Positions 16,931 through 26,084 of a stretch of 64,000 nucleotides of DNA are shown here, one piece after another. The stretch lies in the IMG/VR virus record IMGVR_UViG_3300020411_000002, one strand, 5' to 3'. A program made the position numbers and the translations under genes. The number at the start of each line of letters is the position of its first letter. The stretch's first letter is position 1. The notes beneath the pieces were generated by a model. It did no database searches and was not told the origin of the DNA. It saw only the letters and a program-made list of their open reading frames with translations. The DNA comes from a virus (taxonomy: Duplodnaviria > Caudoviricetes).

Positions 16931-18393
16931 TATCTGTCCTCACGTTCTGTGTACTTAACGAAAACGTTCAAACTGTTAAGTGTCACATACTCTAGTTTTG
17001 AATCTGGCTCAAGGTCGTTGGTAGGACTTAGTACTTCTACGTAGTCAACACCATCACGGCGCGTGTCTTCATCTGGAATAAACTTACATACGTCAATAAC
17101 ATCTGACTTGGAAAAGCGTTTGCCTAACATGCCTGGCTTACGTTTGAATAGCTGTATAATTGCTTCACGTAATGTAGCTTTCATTTCTTGCAAGTTAACC
17201 CAGTCTTGTACAGATACTTCAACATTCAAATCAACCAGAATCTTTTTCGGGTTGTATGTTTGAATCGTAATGTGAGGACCTATACGTTGCTGTGCGTATG
17301 TTACAAAGTCATTCCATATTGCGCTACGTGGATTAGGATTATCACCGCCCCAAGTAGCACTACCAATTGGCAGAATACATACACGAACTACATTCATCCA
17401 GCTTGGGTCATTTGGGGCAATATCGCGCTGAGACATAATAGTACAATCAGCAACGCCCGGATACTTCATGATGTTGCCTTTCCAGCTAGACGGTCTAGTC
17501 CATGTATTCTTAGACTGGTAAATATGTGGGGCATACTTTTTGTAATACGCTGCTGACTTTGGAAACGTACCACCTTTAATGTTCTCAATAGAAGAACCTG
17601 TAACTAATGGATTAGCTACTACGGTTGCTCGTGTACCAGTATTACCAACGTTGCCGTTCTGACCTTGAGTAATTACATACTGAACAATAACAGTATCTTT
17701 CTTTGTCAGTGCTTTACCAAACGTACCATCACCAAATAGAAGAGAAACATCACCATCACCTGTTGTAGATTCAAAATACTTTGTATCTGATGAAGTGAGA
17801 TCAGTTAGAGATTCTTCGTGGTCTTCCCATTCTGTGTAATCGCCTTTTTCATCTACTGTATAAACAAGTAGATCGTGATCAGCAACTGAGAAGTTAGGTT
17901 CACCTAGTACAATCTCTGGCATGTTTATGTTTCTGTTTGCCATTGAGAATTCTTTACGACGAACAATGCCTTCATAGAGTGTGAATATCTTTGTTTCTCT
18001 TACTTGCAGTATAATACTTTCACGACAATAAAAGCTTCTACCAGAAACGTTTATCTGGGCGTATGGAGGCACGTTAACTTTTTCATTTGAGTTGTTCGTA
18101 AGTTGGAACTCTGCTCTTGCACTGGTACGGCGATTTATCTTAACGCCTAACATTCTTGTACAAGCAAAGATACTGCTATCTCTTCTAGCATGAGTAATAA
18201 AAGATTCTAGCTGTGCAATGTCTAGGTTAACACCTGCATTGGTATAAAGACCTGCCATTACATCTACAAGAAACGTATTTAAACTAGAAGTAAGTTTATC
18301 TTGCCAAGGGTATTCTTGTGCAAACTGTTCTTGGATTTCGTCAACAATGTTTTGGAAACCTACTGTAGTTCTCGATAGTTGAATGTTGTTCAT
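16930..18393 (-). CDS. Baseplate wedge subunit, T4 gp6 / baseplate J-like
   Basis: ESFITHARRDSSIFACTRMLG, LLFGDGTFGKAL, YVITQGQNGN, GGTFPKS...YKKYAP; next to a gp25-like gene. Confidence 0.8.
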   Translation of the reverse strand: MNNIQLSRTTVGFQNIVDEIQEQFAQEYPWQDKLTSSLNTFLVDVMAGLYTNAGVNLDIAQLESFITHARRDSSIFACTRMLGVKINRRTSARAEFQLTNNSNEKVNVPPYAQINVSGRSFYCRESIILQVRETKIFTLYEGIVRRKEFSMANRNINMPEIVLGEPNFSVADHDLLVYTVDEKGDYTEWEDHEESLTDLTSSDTKYFESTTGDGDVSLLFGDGTFGKALTKKDTVIVQYVITQGQNGNVGNTGTRATVVANPLVTGSSIENIKGGTFPKSAAYYKKYAPHIYQSKNTWTRPSSWKGNIMKYPGVADCTIMSQRDIAPNDPSWMNVVRVCILPIGSATWGGDNPNPRSAIWNDFVTYAQQRIGPHITIQTYNPKKILVDLNVEVSVQDWVNLQEMKATLREAIIQLFKRKPGMLGKRFSKSDVIDVCKFIPDEDTRRDGVDYVEVLSPTNDLEPDSKLEYVTLNSLNVFVKYTEREDR

Positions 18394-18890
18394 AGTCGCT
18401 TCAATCCAAATTCTATGTTTTCAAAAGTTAGCCCAAGTCTAGGTATCTCTATAGCGATAGAAACAAAGTAATTGCCGTTGTCTACATCTGGTAGAACTTC
18501 AACGTTGCGCACATTAACTCTGCCGTCCCCTATTCTACTTCCAGTAAGACCAGTAATGATAGTGCTACGAATAGCGTTAGCAGTTACTGTATCTAAAGGT
18601 TGAAATAGGAGTCGTTCTAAGTCTACACCAAACTCAGGTCTAAACCATCTTGTTCTTTTGCTTACACCTAGTATCATCATGATACTTTGCACAACGCTTT
18701 CTCTGTCGCGCACTTCTGTTTGAGAAGTTTTATTCATTTGAAGGTTTACGTCTGAGAATAAAAAGTTGCGCTGGGCAGTTCTGTGGGTATCAACTATATT
18801 ATCTCTTTGAGCTATAGCTGTATTGTTGGTAGGGATTTCTTGTGCTGTGTGTCTTTCGTAATAAGAAAGATTGATAGGAGAACGTGCCAT
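18390..18890 (-). CDS. Baseplate wedge subunit, T4 gp25 / gpW-like
   Basis: FSDVN...DRESVVQSIMMIL...RWFRPEFGVDLERLLFQPLD, typical of the gp25 family. Confidence 0.85.
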   Translation of the reverse strand: MARSPINLSYYERHTAQEIPTNNTAIAQRDNIVDTHRTAQRNFLFSDVNLQMNKTSQTEVRDRESVVQSIMMILGVSKRTRWFRPEFGVDLERLLFQPLDTVTANAIRSTIITGLTGSRIGDGRVNVRNVEVLPDVDNGNYFVSIAIEIPRLGLTFENIEFGLKRL

Positions 18891-19174
18891 TAACCACCTG
18901 CCTTTACATTAGAGCTTCCTTGTCCTGCTGTGTCTCCACAAGTAAGCTTCTTTCCTGTAGTATGAATACCTTTACCATTAACTTTAACAGTCGATGAACC
19001 TAATGCTGCGCCTTGGTGACAACTGCTAGATATACAATGGACGGCGTACTTATCGCCTTGACGCACAACACCAATACCATTAGCTTTGACGTTGCTGCTT
19101 GCTTGGATGGATGGAACAGGCGGATAGCCGTGACCTACACTCTTATCTCCAAGTCTCATAACTGAACTACCCAT
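18890..19174 (-). CDS. PAAR-domain spike tip protein (T4 gp5.4-like)
   Basis: MRLGDKSVGH...VKANGIGVVRQGD..AVHC...CH...VKVNGKGI..TG.KLTCGD. Start moved to the ATG at 19174 because AGGAG lies 6 nt upstream. Confidence 0.85.
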   Translation of the reverse strand: MGSSVMRLGDKSVGHGYPPVPSIQASSNVKANGIGVVRQGDKYAVHCISSSCHQGAALGSSTVKVNGKGIHTTGKKLTCGDTAGQGSSNVKAGG

Positions 19175-19262
19175 AAGTACTCCTGCACTCAGTAATTTTA
19201 TAAAACTGTAAATACCACGTAATAATAGTAAATTAGCAAATTGCAAATCAAGGGGTTGCTCC

Positions 19263-19892
19263 ATGCTCTATGCAAGAAATGTTTTACAAAGCCTGTATGA
19301 TGAAGCTAAGACCGATACAGAACGAAAGAAGCTTCTGGACGGTCTAGTTGTCAATGCAAGCGTTAACCACTTCTCCCATCTATCGGACTCTAATACTACT
19401 GTAAGTAAGCCTAATATTTCTTGCAGACACTCTTGGACTTTAACTGCTGAGGCGGGCTTTAAAATTGTAGGTGTCACTTTAGATATACTGGATACGGTAG
19501 AGAAGGCTACAAAAGAACTGGTAGATAATATTATCGACGCAAGAGACTTTAAAGTCTTAGAATCTTATGCGCAGATTCAGAAAGTTCTGGGCGACGATGG
19601 TAAGACTTTAATGAATGGTAACACGCGTTATTTAATAAAAGCTATGCCTGAACTGTCCCAGTCTGTCTATGATGCATTGACGTTTACTGACACACCTAAT
19701 AATAATGTTTCTATTTTCGCTATGGAAAGTAGATACATAATTAAAATACCGCAATTTGGGTCTGCATTTAGAGTAGACATTAAAGAAAGTACGTTTGACT
19801 CAAAAGCAAAACCCGTATACAAAGCAGAAATAGACTTCAATTGGGACTTTGAAGGTCTAGAAGTTTATTTAATTAACAAGAGTATGTTATGA
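19263..19892 (+). CDS. Hypothetical protein (first gene of the plus-strand block)
   Basis: 209-aa ORF divergent from PAAR; overlaps the next start (ATGA); no recognised motif. Confidence 0.7.
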   Translation: MLYARNVLQSLYDEAKTDTERKKLLDGLVVNASVNHFSHLSDSNTTVSKPNISCRHSWTLTAEAGFKIVGVTLDILDTVEKATKELVDNIIDARDFKVLESYAQIQKVLGDDGKTLMNGNTRYLIKAMPELSQSVYDALTFTDTPNNNVSIFAMESRYIIKIPQFGSAFRVDIKESTFDSKAKPVYKAEIDFNWDFEGLEVYLINKSML

Positions 19893-20416
19893 AAGACAGA
19901 ATCGAATACGAAAAGAAACACTTAATAGCCTTGGATGCAAACAGTAAGTGGTTGCAAGACCTATACCTAATCCTATCTAGTGAACACTTCTTTACGGTTA
20001 TAGATAGCAAGTTAGAAAATCAAATAACGGTAGGACCCTTAAACGCTTTTGTAATTCTCTTTCCTAGTATAACAGATGCAAAGCTTTTTGACTCACTTGG
20101 TAATTGCCTATCACTAGGCTGTAACGTTATGAAAAACGAAGAAGAGTTTGAAAAGCCTTTAATGAAGCTCCAAGCTCTTGCTGCACAAGAAACAGTTACC
20201 AATCAAGAACTGTCTGAGTTAGCTATTGCTTTCAACAAAGCTGATACAGAACGCTTTATGCGAACTGACCGAACAATCCTTATGGAAATAATGACACAAT
20301 TCTTTTTGTATTCAAGTTTCCTAATTGAAGACGGCATTCTCGATATCAACTTCGAAGAAGCCAAACAAAAACGCATAGATTTTATTATGCAAAGCAACAC
20401 TAGCACCACCCACTAA
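19889..20416 (+). CDS. Hypothetical protein
   Basis: 175-aa ORF in a tightly packed operon. Confidence 0.7.
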   Translation: MKDRIEYEKKHLIALDANSKWLQDLYLILSSEHFFTVIDSKLENQITVGPLNAFVILFPSITDAKLFDSLGNCLSLGCNVMKNEEEFEKPLMKLQALAAQETVTNQELSELAIAFNKADTERFMRTDRTILMEIMTQFFLYSSFLIEDGILDINFEEAKQKRIDFIMQSNTSTTH

Positions 20417-20432
20417 TCTTTTTGGAATATTT

Positions 20433-20837
20433 ATGAACTTTCTTTTTATTACTGAACGCGAAAAAACTATTGCTGGCGAAGTATGTCCAACTCTAGCAGG
20501 TGTTGATTTAAAATCATTTGAAACTGAAATGCCTGTAACAGTTAAAAAGCTTCGTAGTGAATATGGAGAGCCGTTTGACCTTCGTCTAGAACAATTCGAA
20601 ACTTTTAGCACGTTGTCTTTTCCTTTGTTTGGCAGTGATGCCGACTTTATCAAGTGCTTCGAACAAGTTAAAAAGAACGGTATGATGTTTACTCATATCT
20701 TTCTAGATGTACGAAATGCTCAATTTGCTTGGGCTGCAACCGAATCTTACAGACAGTGCTTGAACAACAACGAGCGCGTGTTCAATTCTTTCATTAAGCA
20801 CCCTGTGTTCCACCACTGGGTCCCGTCATTAGGATAG
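20433..20837 (+). CDS. Hypothetical protein
   Basis: 134-aa ORF with a GGA ribosome-binding site (RBS). Confidence 0.7.
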   Translation: MNFLFITEREKTIAGEVCPTLAGVDLKSFETEMPVTVKKLRSEYGEPFDLRLEQFETFSTLSFPLFGSDADFIKCFEQVKKNGMMFTHIFLDVRNAQFAWAATESYRQCLNNNERVFNSFIKHPVFHHWVPSLG

Positions 20838-20840
20838 TCT

Positions 20841-21503
20841 ATGACTATTACAAACTGTAACTTGCGTGACGAAGTTAGTGTATCTATCTCTGCTCCATCT
20901 GTTCAAGTAGACCCTGATGTAGGAGCTAGCGCTAAAGTAACAACTGCTTTTTCAGCCTTTAACGATTTTTCTATAAGTGTTGAAAGTACTGTTATCTTTC
21001 CAGATTATTTGAATTATCACACAACTAGTCTTTCTGATAATCCAGAATTCGTTCGGGCTATTAAGGACGATATGACGGTTAAGTTTGGACGTTGTATTAA
21101 ATCTCTGCAAAACTTATTACCTGAAAAGGAGAAAAATAAAATGGATATTTTAGATTCAATACCGAACTCGTCTTCTATTGAAAACATAAACATGCCTGTT
21201 GAGAACATGCTTCAACTTATTGCGGTTGCGATACAGGCAGTAGTGAGAAAAGAAGAGGGAAAAGACAACAAAGATTTTGATGTTATTGTAGTAGACAGTC
21301 CTAAATATCCTAAAGCTTGGACAATTACTTTTCAAAACTCGAAAAAGAACTACGACGTTATTGAAAGATTTCACTACCCTCTGCTTAATACGTATCTAAA
21401 GTCTAAAGGCTGGGAAGTAGAGCATACCAATAGAAAGCCTGACCAGTGGGACAATCCTCACACTGCATCTTTCACATTAAGAGCTATAGAGAAAACGGAA
21501 TGA
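20841..21503 (+). CDS. Hypothetical protein
   Basis: 220-aa ORF with an AGGA RBS. Confidence 0.7.
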   Translation: MTITNCNLRDEVSVSISAPSVQVDPDVGASAKVTTAFSAFNDFSISVESTVIFPDYLNYHTTSLSDNPEFVRAIKDDMTVKFGRCIKSLQNLLPEKEKNKMDILDSIPNSSSIENINMPVENMLQLIAVAIQAVVRKEEGKDNKDFDVIVVDSPKYPKAWTITFQNSKKNYDVIERFHYPLLNTYLKSKGWEVEHTNRKPDQWDNPHTASFTLRAIEKTE

Positions 21504-21856
21504 TGAATCTTATACTTGTAGTAGGAAAAGATTTTGATGAATCTCCTTGGAGTCTAGATACAGTAAGTGAAGTTCAAGAATGGTTTCACGTTGACCCGTA
21601 TAAAGGCTTTAAGAATTTAGTATCAAGATTTTTAAGCGAAGCAGGTCGTCAAGTTCGTGTAGTTCATTATGAAAATATTTTCAACTGGATAGACAATACG
21701 GGTTCTGACGAAAAATTCTATTTAAAGGTATGTCCTTTCTTCAACGAATCAGAAAGCGAATACTCTTCTAGGGAACATGCAGTTTCCGAGAAAATACAAA
21801 GCTTAGGAAGTGCCTCTAATAAATCAGTCATACTTAGGAAAAGGAAAGACAAATGA
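21500..21856 (+). CDS. Hypothetical protein
   Basis: Start moved to the ATG overlapping the previous stop (ATGA); ends overlapping the next start. Confidence 0.65.
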   Translation: MMNLILVVGKDFDESPWSLDTVSEVQEWFHVDPYKGFKNLVSRFLSEAGRQVRVVHYENIFNWIDNTGSDEKFYLKVCPFFNESESEYSSREHAVSEKIQSLGSASNKSVILRKRKDK

Positions 21857-22398
21857 GCGGAAAAGATATTGCAACAATTGAAGAACGTACTCGCGACCGT
21901 ATTCGTGAGGTCTTTGCTGGACTTCTTTCGGACGAAGAGCTAGATACACTTATTAAGAAAGCGTATGACAAGTTCTTTAACGAACCGAGTGATCGTGTAA
22001 TTATTGATAGAACTATTCGTGAGGAAGGCGGTAACTTTACTGGCAAGCCTCAGCGAAAGGTTTTAGAAACTACTGGTGTAAAAGCTAGCCCATTCGAAGT
22101 TATTTGCTTTGACTTCTTTGCGCGTGAAGTTCATAAACATATATCGGGTATATTTGAATCAGAAGACTTTAACATATCGCATAAAAGCGAGTTTGTTACT
22201 GACGAACACGGCCAGAACGGTATGTATGTTCCAACTATTAATCTAGGTAAAGAGCTAGAAGAGCGTTGTGAAAAGCTTGCTAAAGAAAAGTCACACATTT
22301 TCTTTGAATCTATCTTTGCAGGTTTTATGTCTACTGCTCGTGTCGATATGATTAATCAGATCACTAACAATCTACACGGTGGTAACAATCAATGGTAA
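21853..22398 (+). CDS. Hypothetical protein
   Basis: 181-aa ORF, AGGA RBS, coupled to its neighbours. Confidence 0.7.
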   Translation: MSGKDIATIEERTRDRIREVFAGLLSDEELDTLIKKAYDKFFNEPSDRVIIDRTIREEGGNFTGKPQRKVLETTGVKASPFEVICFDFFAREVHKHISGIFESEDFNISHKSEFVTDEHGQNGMYVPTINLGKELEERCEKLAKEKSHIFFESIFAGFMSTARVDMINQITNNLHGGNNQW

Positions 22399-22946
22399 GT
22401 CCTGTTCGTGTAATGCACCGAGTTATTCCAAGCATGGTAGACAACGGTAAAGTCTATCGCAATGATAACTTGGTGTTTGGATACTCGAATGGGCTTTACT
22501 ACAGAATTGTACTTACAGAAGAACCGTTCGGAACGCAGGACTGGATTGTAGAAACTATTGAAACAAGCAGTACAATGAGTTGTTTCAGAGAAGACGATTT
22601 AGAACTGACCCTTACTCCGTTCAATGTTAACTATGATTTTGATTTGGTACAGAAAGTTGCTGAGCCTGAAATTGGAACAGTAGAAGACGTAGACCGCGAC
22701 TTAATTATAGCACTAATGGAATACGGCTTTAGAGAAAGAATGGTATCTAACAGACTATCTTCTATCTCTGGCATGACGGTCTGCATGGGTGGAGTTGCTA
22801 AGTATCTAAGTTACTACTCTACTCTTCTTGATGATGCTGGAATAGAAGTTGAGTTTGAGAGTAGCTTTCTTACTATAGGTAAGAACGGTCTTGTTCTACA
22901 TTCTGGTATCGTTGATTCAAAAGATAAATTCTTTGTAAGACTATAA
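22392..22946 (+). CDS. Hypothetical protein
   Basis: 184-aa ORF followed by a terminator. Confidence 0.7.
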   Translation: MVSPVRVMHRVIPSMVDNGKVYRNDNLVFGYSNGLYYRIVLTEEPFGTQDWIVETIETSSTMSCFREDDLELTLTPFNVNYDFDLVQKVAEPEIGTVEDVDRDLIIALMEYGFRERMVSNRLSSISGMTVCMGGVAKYLSYYSTLLDDAGIEVEFESSFLTIGKNGLVLHSGIVDSKDKFFVRL

Positions 22947-22967
22947 GGGGGCTATGCTCCCTTTTTT
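22945..22967 (+). terminator. Rho-independent terminator
   Basis: AAGGGGG-CTATG-CTCCCTT stem-loop running into a T tract, directly after a stop codon. Confidence 0.75.
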
Positions 22968-23010
22968 AATGTCTGAGTTTCACGCTAATTTAAAAGCGTG
23001 GAGGTCATGA

Positions 23011-23916
23011 ATGGAAATAGAACAATTCTTAAAAAACGTTCTTGGATTCGAACCAATTTCTAACGTAGAGAAAGAACCTCATACGTTGCCTTTTTTGCCT
23101 AGCGGATTTTTCCAAGAGTTTGTTAGAGGGAAGTGGAGAATTAGAATCTTAGATACTCATTCGCTTGAAGATAGAGCGAAGATAGGTGTTATTGTTTTGG
23201 TAGATATAGGACTAAAACAGCACACCTTGTATAAGGGTTATATAAATCAGAACGATGGACTTTCTCAGTTTCGTCGTATGTTACAATCATGTACTGATTT
23301 ACTTGATAACCCTGATGATTATTCTTGTGAAAAAATAATTCTATCTCAGGATAATCCTAGCTTACATTCTAGTGCGTGTATTCACATGTACTACATTTGG
23401 AAATTTGATGACCTTCTTGCAAGTTCAATTCCATCCGGCTTTAATGTATTAATACCAGAAAACGTACCCTTTGATGATTGCATAGATTTCGTAAATGGAT
23501 ATCTTTTGAATCTAGGTGCGTCGCATATTGGAACTAAGACATATAAAGCTTTACCCAATTTCAACAAAAGTTATGCACAACATTTTAGAAGCGTAGGAGT
23601 CAACGTATTAGACTTAGACGAATCGGGTAGACTGGTACTTAATAAGGACACTATTAAGGACAAGATATACAAACTTAAAAATGTTGAGACTGCATACATA
23701 GTAAGATTCGCACTCAAAGCCATTCTAGAAAAGCGAACGGACTATGCTATAGAATTTCTAAAGGATGTAGGTTTAATCAAGGATATGATTATAAGTCGTA
23801 CCAAGCACAACACTGTGCGTATAGCTTTTATGAGTGTTAACTTTGGAGATATTGAGGTAGTAGGATGCTTGGATGAAATTCTCAAAAATATTCAAAGAAA
23901 GTTTGGTAAGTTATGA
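23011..23916 (+). CDS. Hypothetical protein
   Basis: 301-aa ORF with a GGAGG RBS. Confidence 0.7.
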   Translation: MEIEQFLKNVLGFEPISNVEKEPHTLPFLPSGFFQEFVRGKWRIRILDTHSLEDRAKIGVIVLVDIGLKQHTLYKGYINQNDGLSQFRRMLQSCTDLLDNPDDYSCEKIILSQDNPSLHSSACIHMYYIWKFDDLLASSIPSGFNVLIPENVPFDDCIDFVNGYLLNLGASHIGTKTYKALPNFNKSYAQHFRSVGVNVLDLDESGRLVLNKDTIKDKIYKLKNVETAYIVRFALKAILEKRTDYAIEFLKDVGLIKDMIISRTKHNTVRIAFMSVNFGDIEVVGCLDEILKNIQRKFGKL

Positions 23917-24143
23917 AAACAAAAGACCGTGTGTTTAACTGCATCAAAAGGCAGATGGGTAAGTCAGATATAAATCTTAGCACTGACTTGAAAAATGACC
24001 TCAAAGCAGACGACCTAGATTACATAGAACTGACTATGAGATTAGAGTCAGAGTTTGGTATTGCTATAGACGATGAAAAGTTTAGTACTTTGAAAACTGT
24101 AAATGATGTATATAGATACGTAACGGAACTTGCAGATGCTTAG
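23913..24143 (+). CDS. Acyl carrier protein homologue with the attachment Ser replaced by Asp
   Basis: DLKADDLDYIELTMRLESEFGIAIDDE...LKTVNDV aligns with E. coli AcpP [27 protein letters not shown]...ITTVQAA. Codons read GCA GAC GAC CTA GAT. Confidence 0.85.
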   Translation: MKTKDRVFNCIKRQMGKSDINLSTDLKNDLKADDLDYIELTMRLESEFGIAIDDEKFSTLKTVNDVYRYVTELADA

Positions 24144-24249
24144 GCAAATACCAGTAAAGGAGTTAGTGCTATTCGTAGTGCTTTCTCCCATTATCCTATT
24201 AGTCTTTCTTTACTGCTACGTTCGATTTAAAAATAAAAGTAGGGAATAA
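24136..24249 (+). CDS. 37-aa single-pass membrane protein (not in the ORF track)
   Basis: MLRQIPVKELVLFVVLSPIILLVFLYCYVRFKNKSRE. Fills the gap between the ACP homologue and the deaminase; overlaps the ACP stop and ends 2 nt before the next ATG. Confidence 0.55.
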   Translation: MLRQIPVKELVLFVVLSPIILLVFLYCYVRFKNKSRE

Positions 24250-24251
24250 AA

Positions 24252-25100
24252 ATGCTTTTGAAGAACTATCCTGAACTGATGGTAAGCATAATGCATCAAG
24301 CGTTTAGTTTTGCAGGTTTAAGCTATGCGCGTAGAAGAAAGACAGGTGCTATCGTGCTTCGTCATTTGGAAGGCAAAGAGTTTACACCAGTAGCGTTTGG
24401 CTATAACGGTACTCGACCTGGAGAATCTAACTTATGTGAAGATGCGAACGGAGATACTTTAGATACTGTTATTCATGCTGAGCGTAACTGCATTAGAAAG
24501 ATGATGAATCAAGGTGTTGCCACTCCCGGAAGTATACTGGTAGTAACGTTTGTCCCCTGTCCTGATTGCGTTGAGTTGATTATCGATGCCAAGTTCAAAG
24601 AAGTTATTTACTGTCACGATAGTAATAATCCGCAAAAAGTAAAAGGTCTTGAAAAGCTGTTTAATAAAGTTAGCGTATCTCGCGTAGATATCAAAGACGT
24701 TATTGAATGGGGCAGCTATGTTCAAGATGGATTGAACATGCCCAAGTTTTTAGGTACTGTTGCAGAGTCTGAAAACAAAGCACTAGATAGATTTGTCCGT
24801 ACTAAGTCTATAGAAGAAATCGATAGAATAGTTAAGCACTTCTTTGATACGGTTCAAAGAGTACATCGTTTAGAGTCTACGGATTTTCATAGAGAACTGT
24901 ATTTCAATACTCTACACCGCAATCTTCACGGTACTAGACGAGAGTTTTTCAAGTGGTGCAATCTAGCATACGAAACTATTTCCGAAATACAACTTAAATC
25001 AGAAGACCCAATATTAGGCATAGAAGAGTTCATTGACTTTTATCTACTAGCGCCTTTTATTAAATCTCCAAAGCAAAGTAACAATGAGTATAACCAGTGA
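24252..25100 (+). CDS. dCMP deaminase with a C-terminal extension
   Basis: RRRKTGAIV, FGYNGT..G..N.CE, HAERN and PCPDC zinc-deaminase motifs; about 130 extra C-terminal residues. Confidence 0.85.
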   Translation: MLLKNYPELMVSIMHQAFSFAGLSYARRRKTGAIVLRHLEGKEFTPVAFGYNGTRPGESNLCEDANGDTLDTVIHAERNCIRKMMNQGVATPGSILVVTFVPCPDCVELIIDAKFKEVIYCHDSNNPQKVKGLEKLFNKVSVSRVDIKDVIEWGSYVQDGLNMPKFLGTVAESENKALDRFVRTKSIEEIDRIVKHFFDTVQRVHRLESTDFHRELYFNTLHRNLHGTRREFFKWCNLAYETISEIQLKSEDPILGIEEFIDFYLLAPFIKSPKQSNNEYNQ

Positions 25101-25353
25101 AGCGCGTATTTCTGTCTATTTCGTAAAGCGTACATTTAGTCAGTATTACGATATTGAAGTAGGTGAGTACTTTATTAGTATTCACGGCAATTATCGAAAA
25201 GTAGAAGTGTTGAACTTAGACGATGCTTCTTTTAGAATCTTGTCCTCCACATCGGTTGATGTTACACGCATAGACAAAGAATACGTAGCAAGCGTACATG
25301 TCACTGTGGAACTATCGGATACCGGTTTAATAACAAAGCGAATAGTTGAATGA
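25084..25353 (+). CDS. Hypothetical protein
   Basis: 89-aa ORF overlapping its neighbours. Confidence 0.6.
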   Translation: MSITSEARISVYFVKRTFSQYYDIEVGEYFISIHGNYRKVEVLNLDDASFRILSSTSVDVTRIDKEYVASVHVTVELSDTGLITKRIVE

Positions 25354-25748
25354 TAAAATATGATTTAGAACCTTACTTTATTAACAGTACTTGGAGAGCA
25401 ATCGTTGATAACGGGCTTACTCCTTACATTACACTTGTCGTAGATGAACGTTGCAATGTTCCGCAAGAACACATCAAAGAGAAGAACGGTCTTCCTACGA
25501 TCACGTTTAACACAAGTCTTGTTGCTACTCCTAATATTGTGATGAACGATAAAGAAGAGTACATTACGTTTAGCGGTTCATTTAGCGGTCGTCGTATAGA
25601 TATTCAGTTTACGTATGACAACATCGTAGCAATCTACGCTAAAGAACTTAAAGACTTTGGCATAGTAGTGCCGTACACTCCTCCAAAGCAAGTTGAGCAA
25701 GAACAAGAACCAGAACGCGCTAAGCCTGTGCTGCAAGTGGTGAAGTAA
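25350..25748 (+). CDS. sspB: ClpXP adaptor SspB homologue
   Basis: PYFINSTWRAIVDNGLTPYI...VPQEH...ITFN...FSGSFSG...IVAIYAKE, plus C-terminal KPVLQVVK matching the E. coli SspB ClpX-binding tail RPALRVVK. Confidence 0.85.
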   Translation: MIKYDLEPYFINSTWRAIVDNGLTPYITLVVDERCNVPQEHIKEKNGLPTITFNTSLVATPNIVMNDKEEYITFSGSFSGRRIDIQFTYDNIVAIYAKELKDFGIVVPYTPPKQVEQEQEPERAKPVLQVVK

Positions 25749-26077
25749 TGAATCCATTATTTCCTACTCCGATAAAAGGGTTTAGTATTTGTACTATAAC
25801 ACAAACAGTTGGTGACTTGTATATAGGTCAGTGGTTCTACAAAGAGCAAAATAGCAGTAAAGGTTATCTAGCAGAGTACGCTAGTGATAGCTGGTTTAAG
25901 GGTAAAGAGTTTGATACATCTGCTGTCCCACATGCCCAAGTATATCCTAACAATTTGCAAGAGTTTGAAGCGATAGACACTGAACGAGCTAAGAGCATGA
26001 CTGTAGAGTCTATTCTCAAAGAGTATGGTATTGAAAACAAAGGCTTAGAGTTGAGCCTACTTAGAAGAATGAACTGA
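25748..26077 (+). CDS. Hypothetical protein
   Basis: 109-aa ORF, TAATG-coupled. Confidence 0.6.
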   Translation: MNPLFPTPIKGFSICTITQTVGDLYIGQWFYKEQNSSKGYLAEYASDSWFKGKEFDTSAVPHAQVYPNNLQEFEAIDTERAKSMTVESILKEYGIENKGLELSLLRRMN

Positions 26078-26084
26078 GGAATAT

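Noticed and set aside
18390-18890. gp25 as a lysozyme
   Set aside because: The 'lysozyme' label on this family is historical; the established role is structural (sheath initiation), and no catalytic motif was seen.
18890-19264. The 124-aa PAAR call with an N-terminal extension
   Set aside because: The extension spans the divergent promoter gap and overlaps the opposite gene; the ATG at 19174 has an AGGAG RBS.
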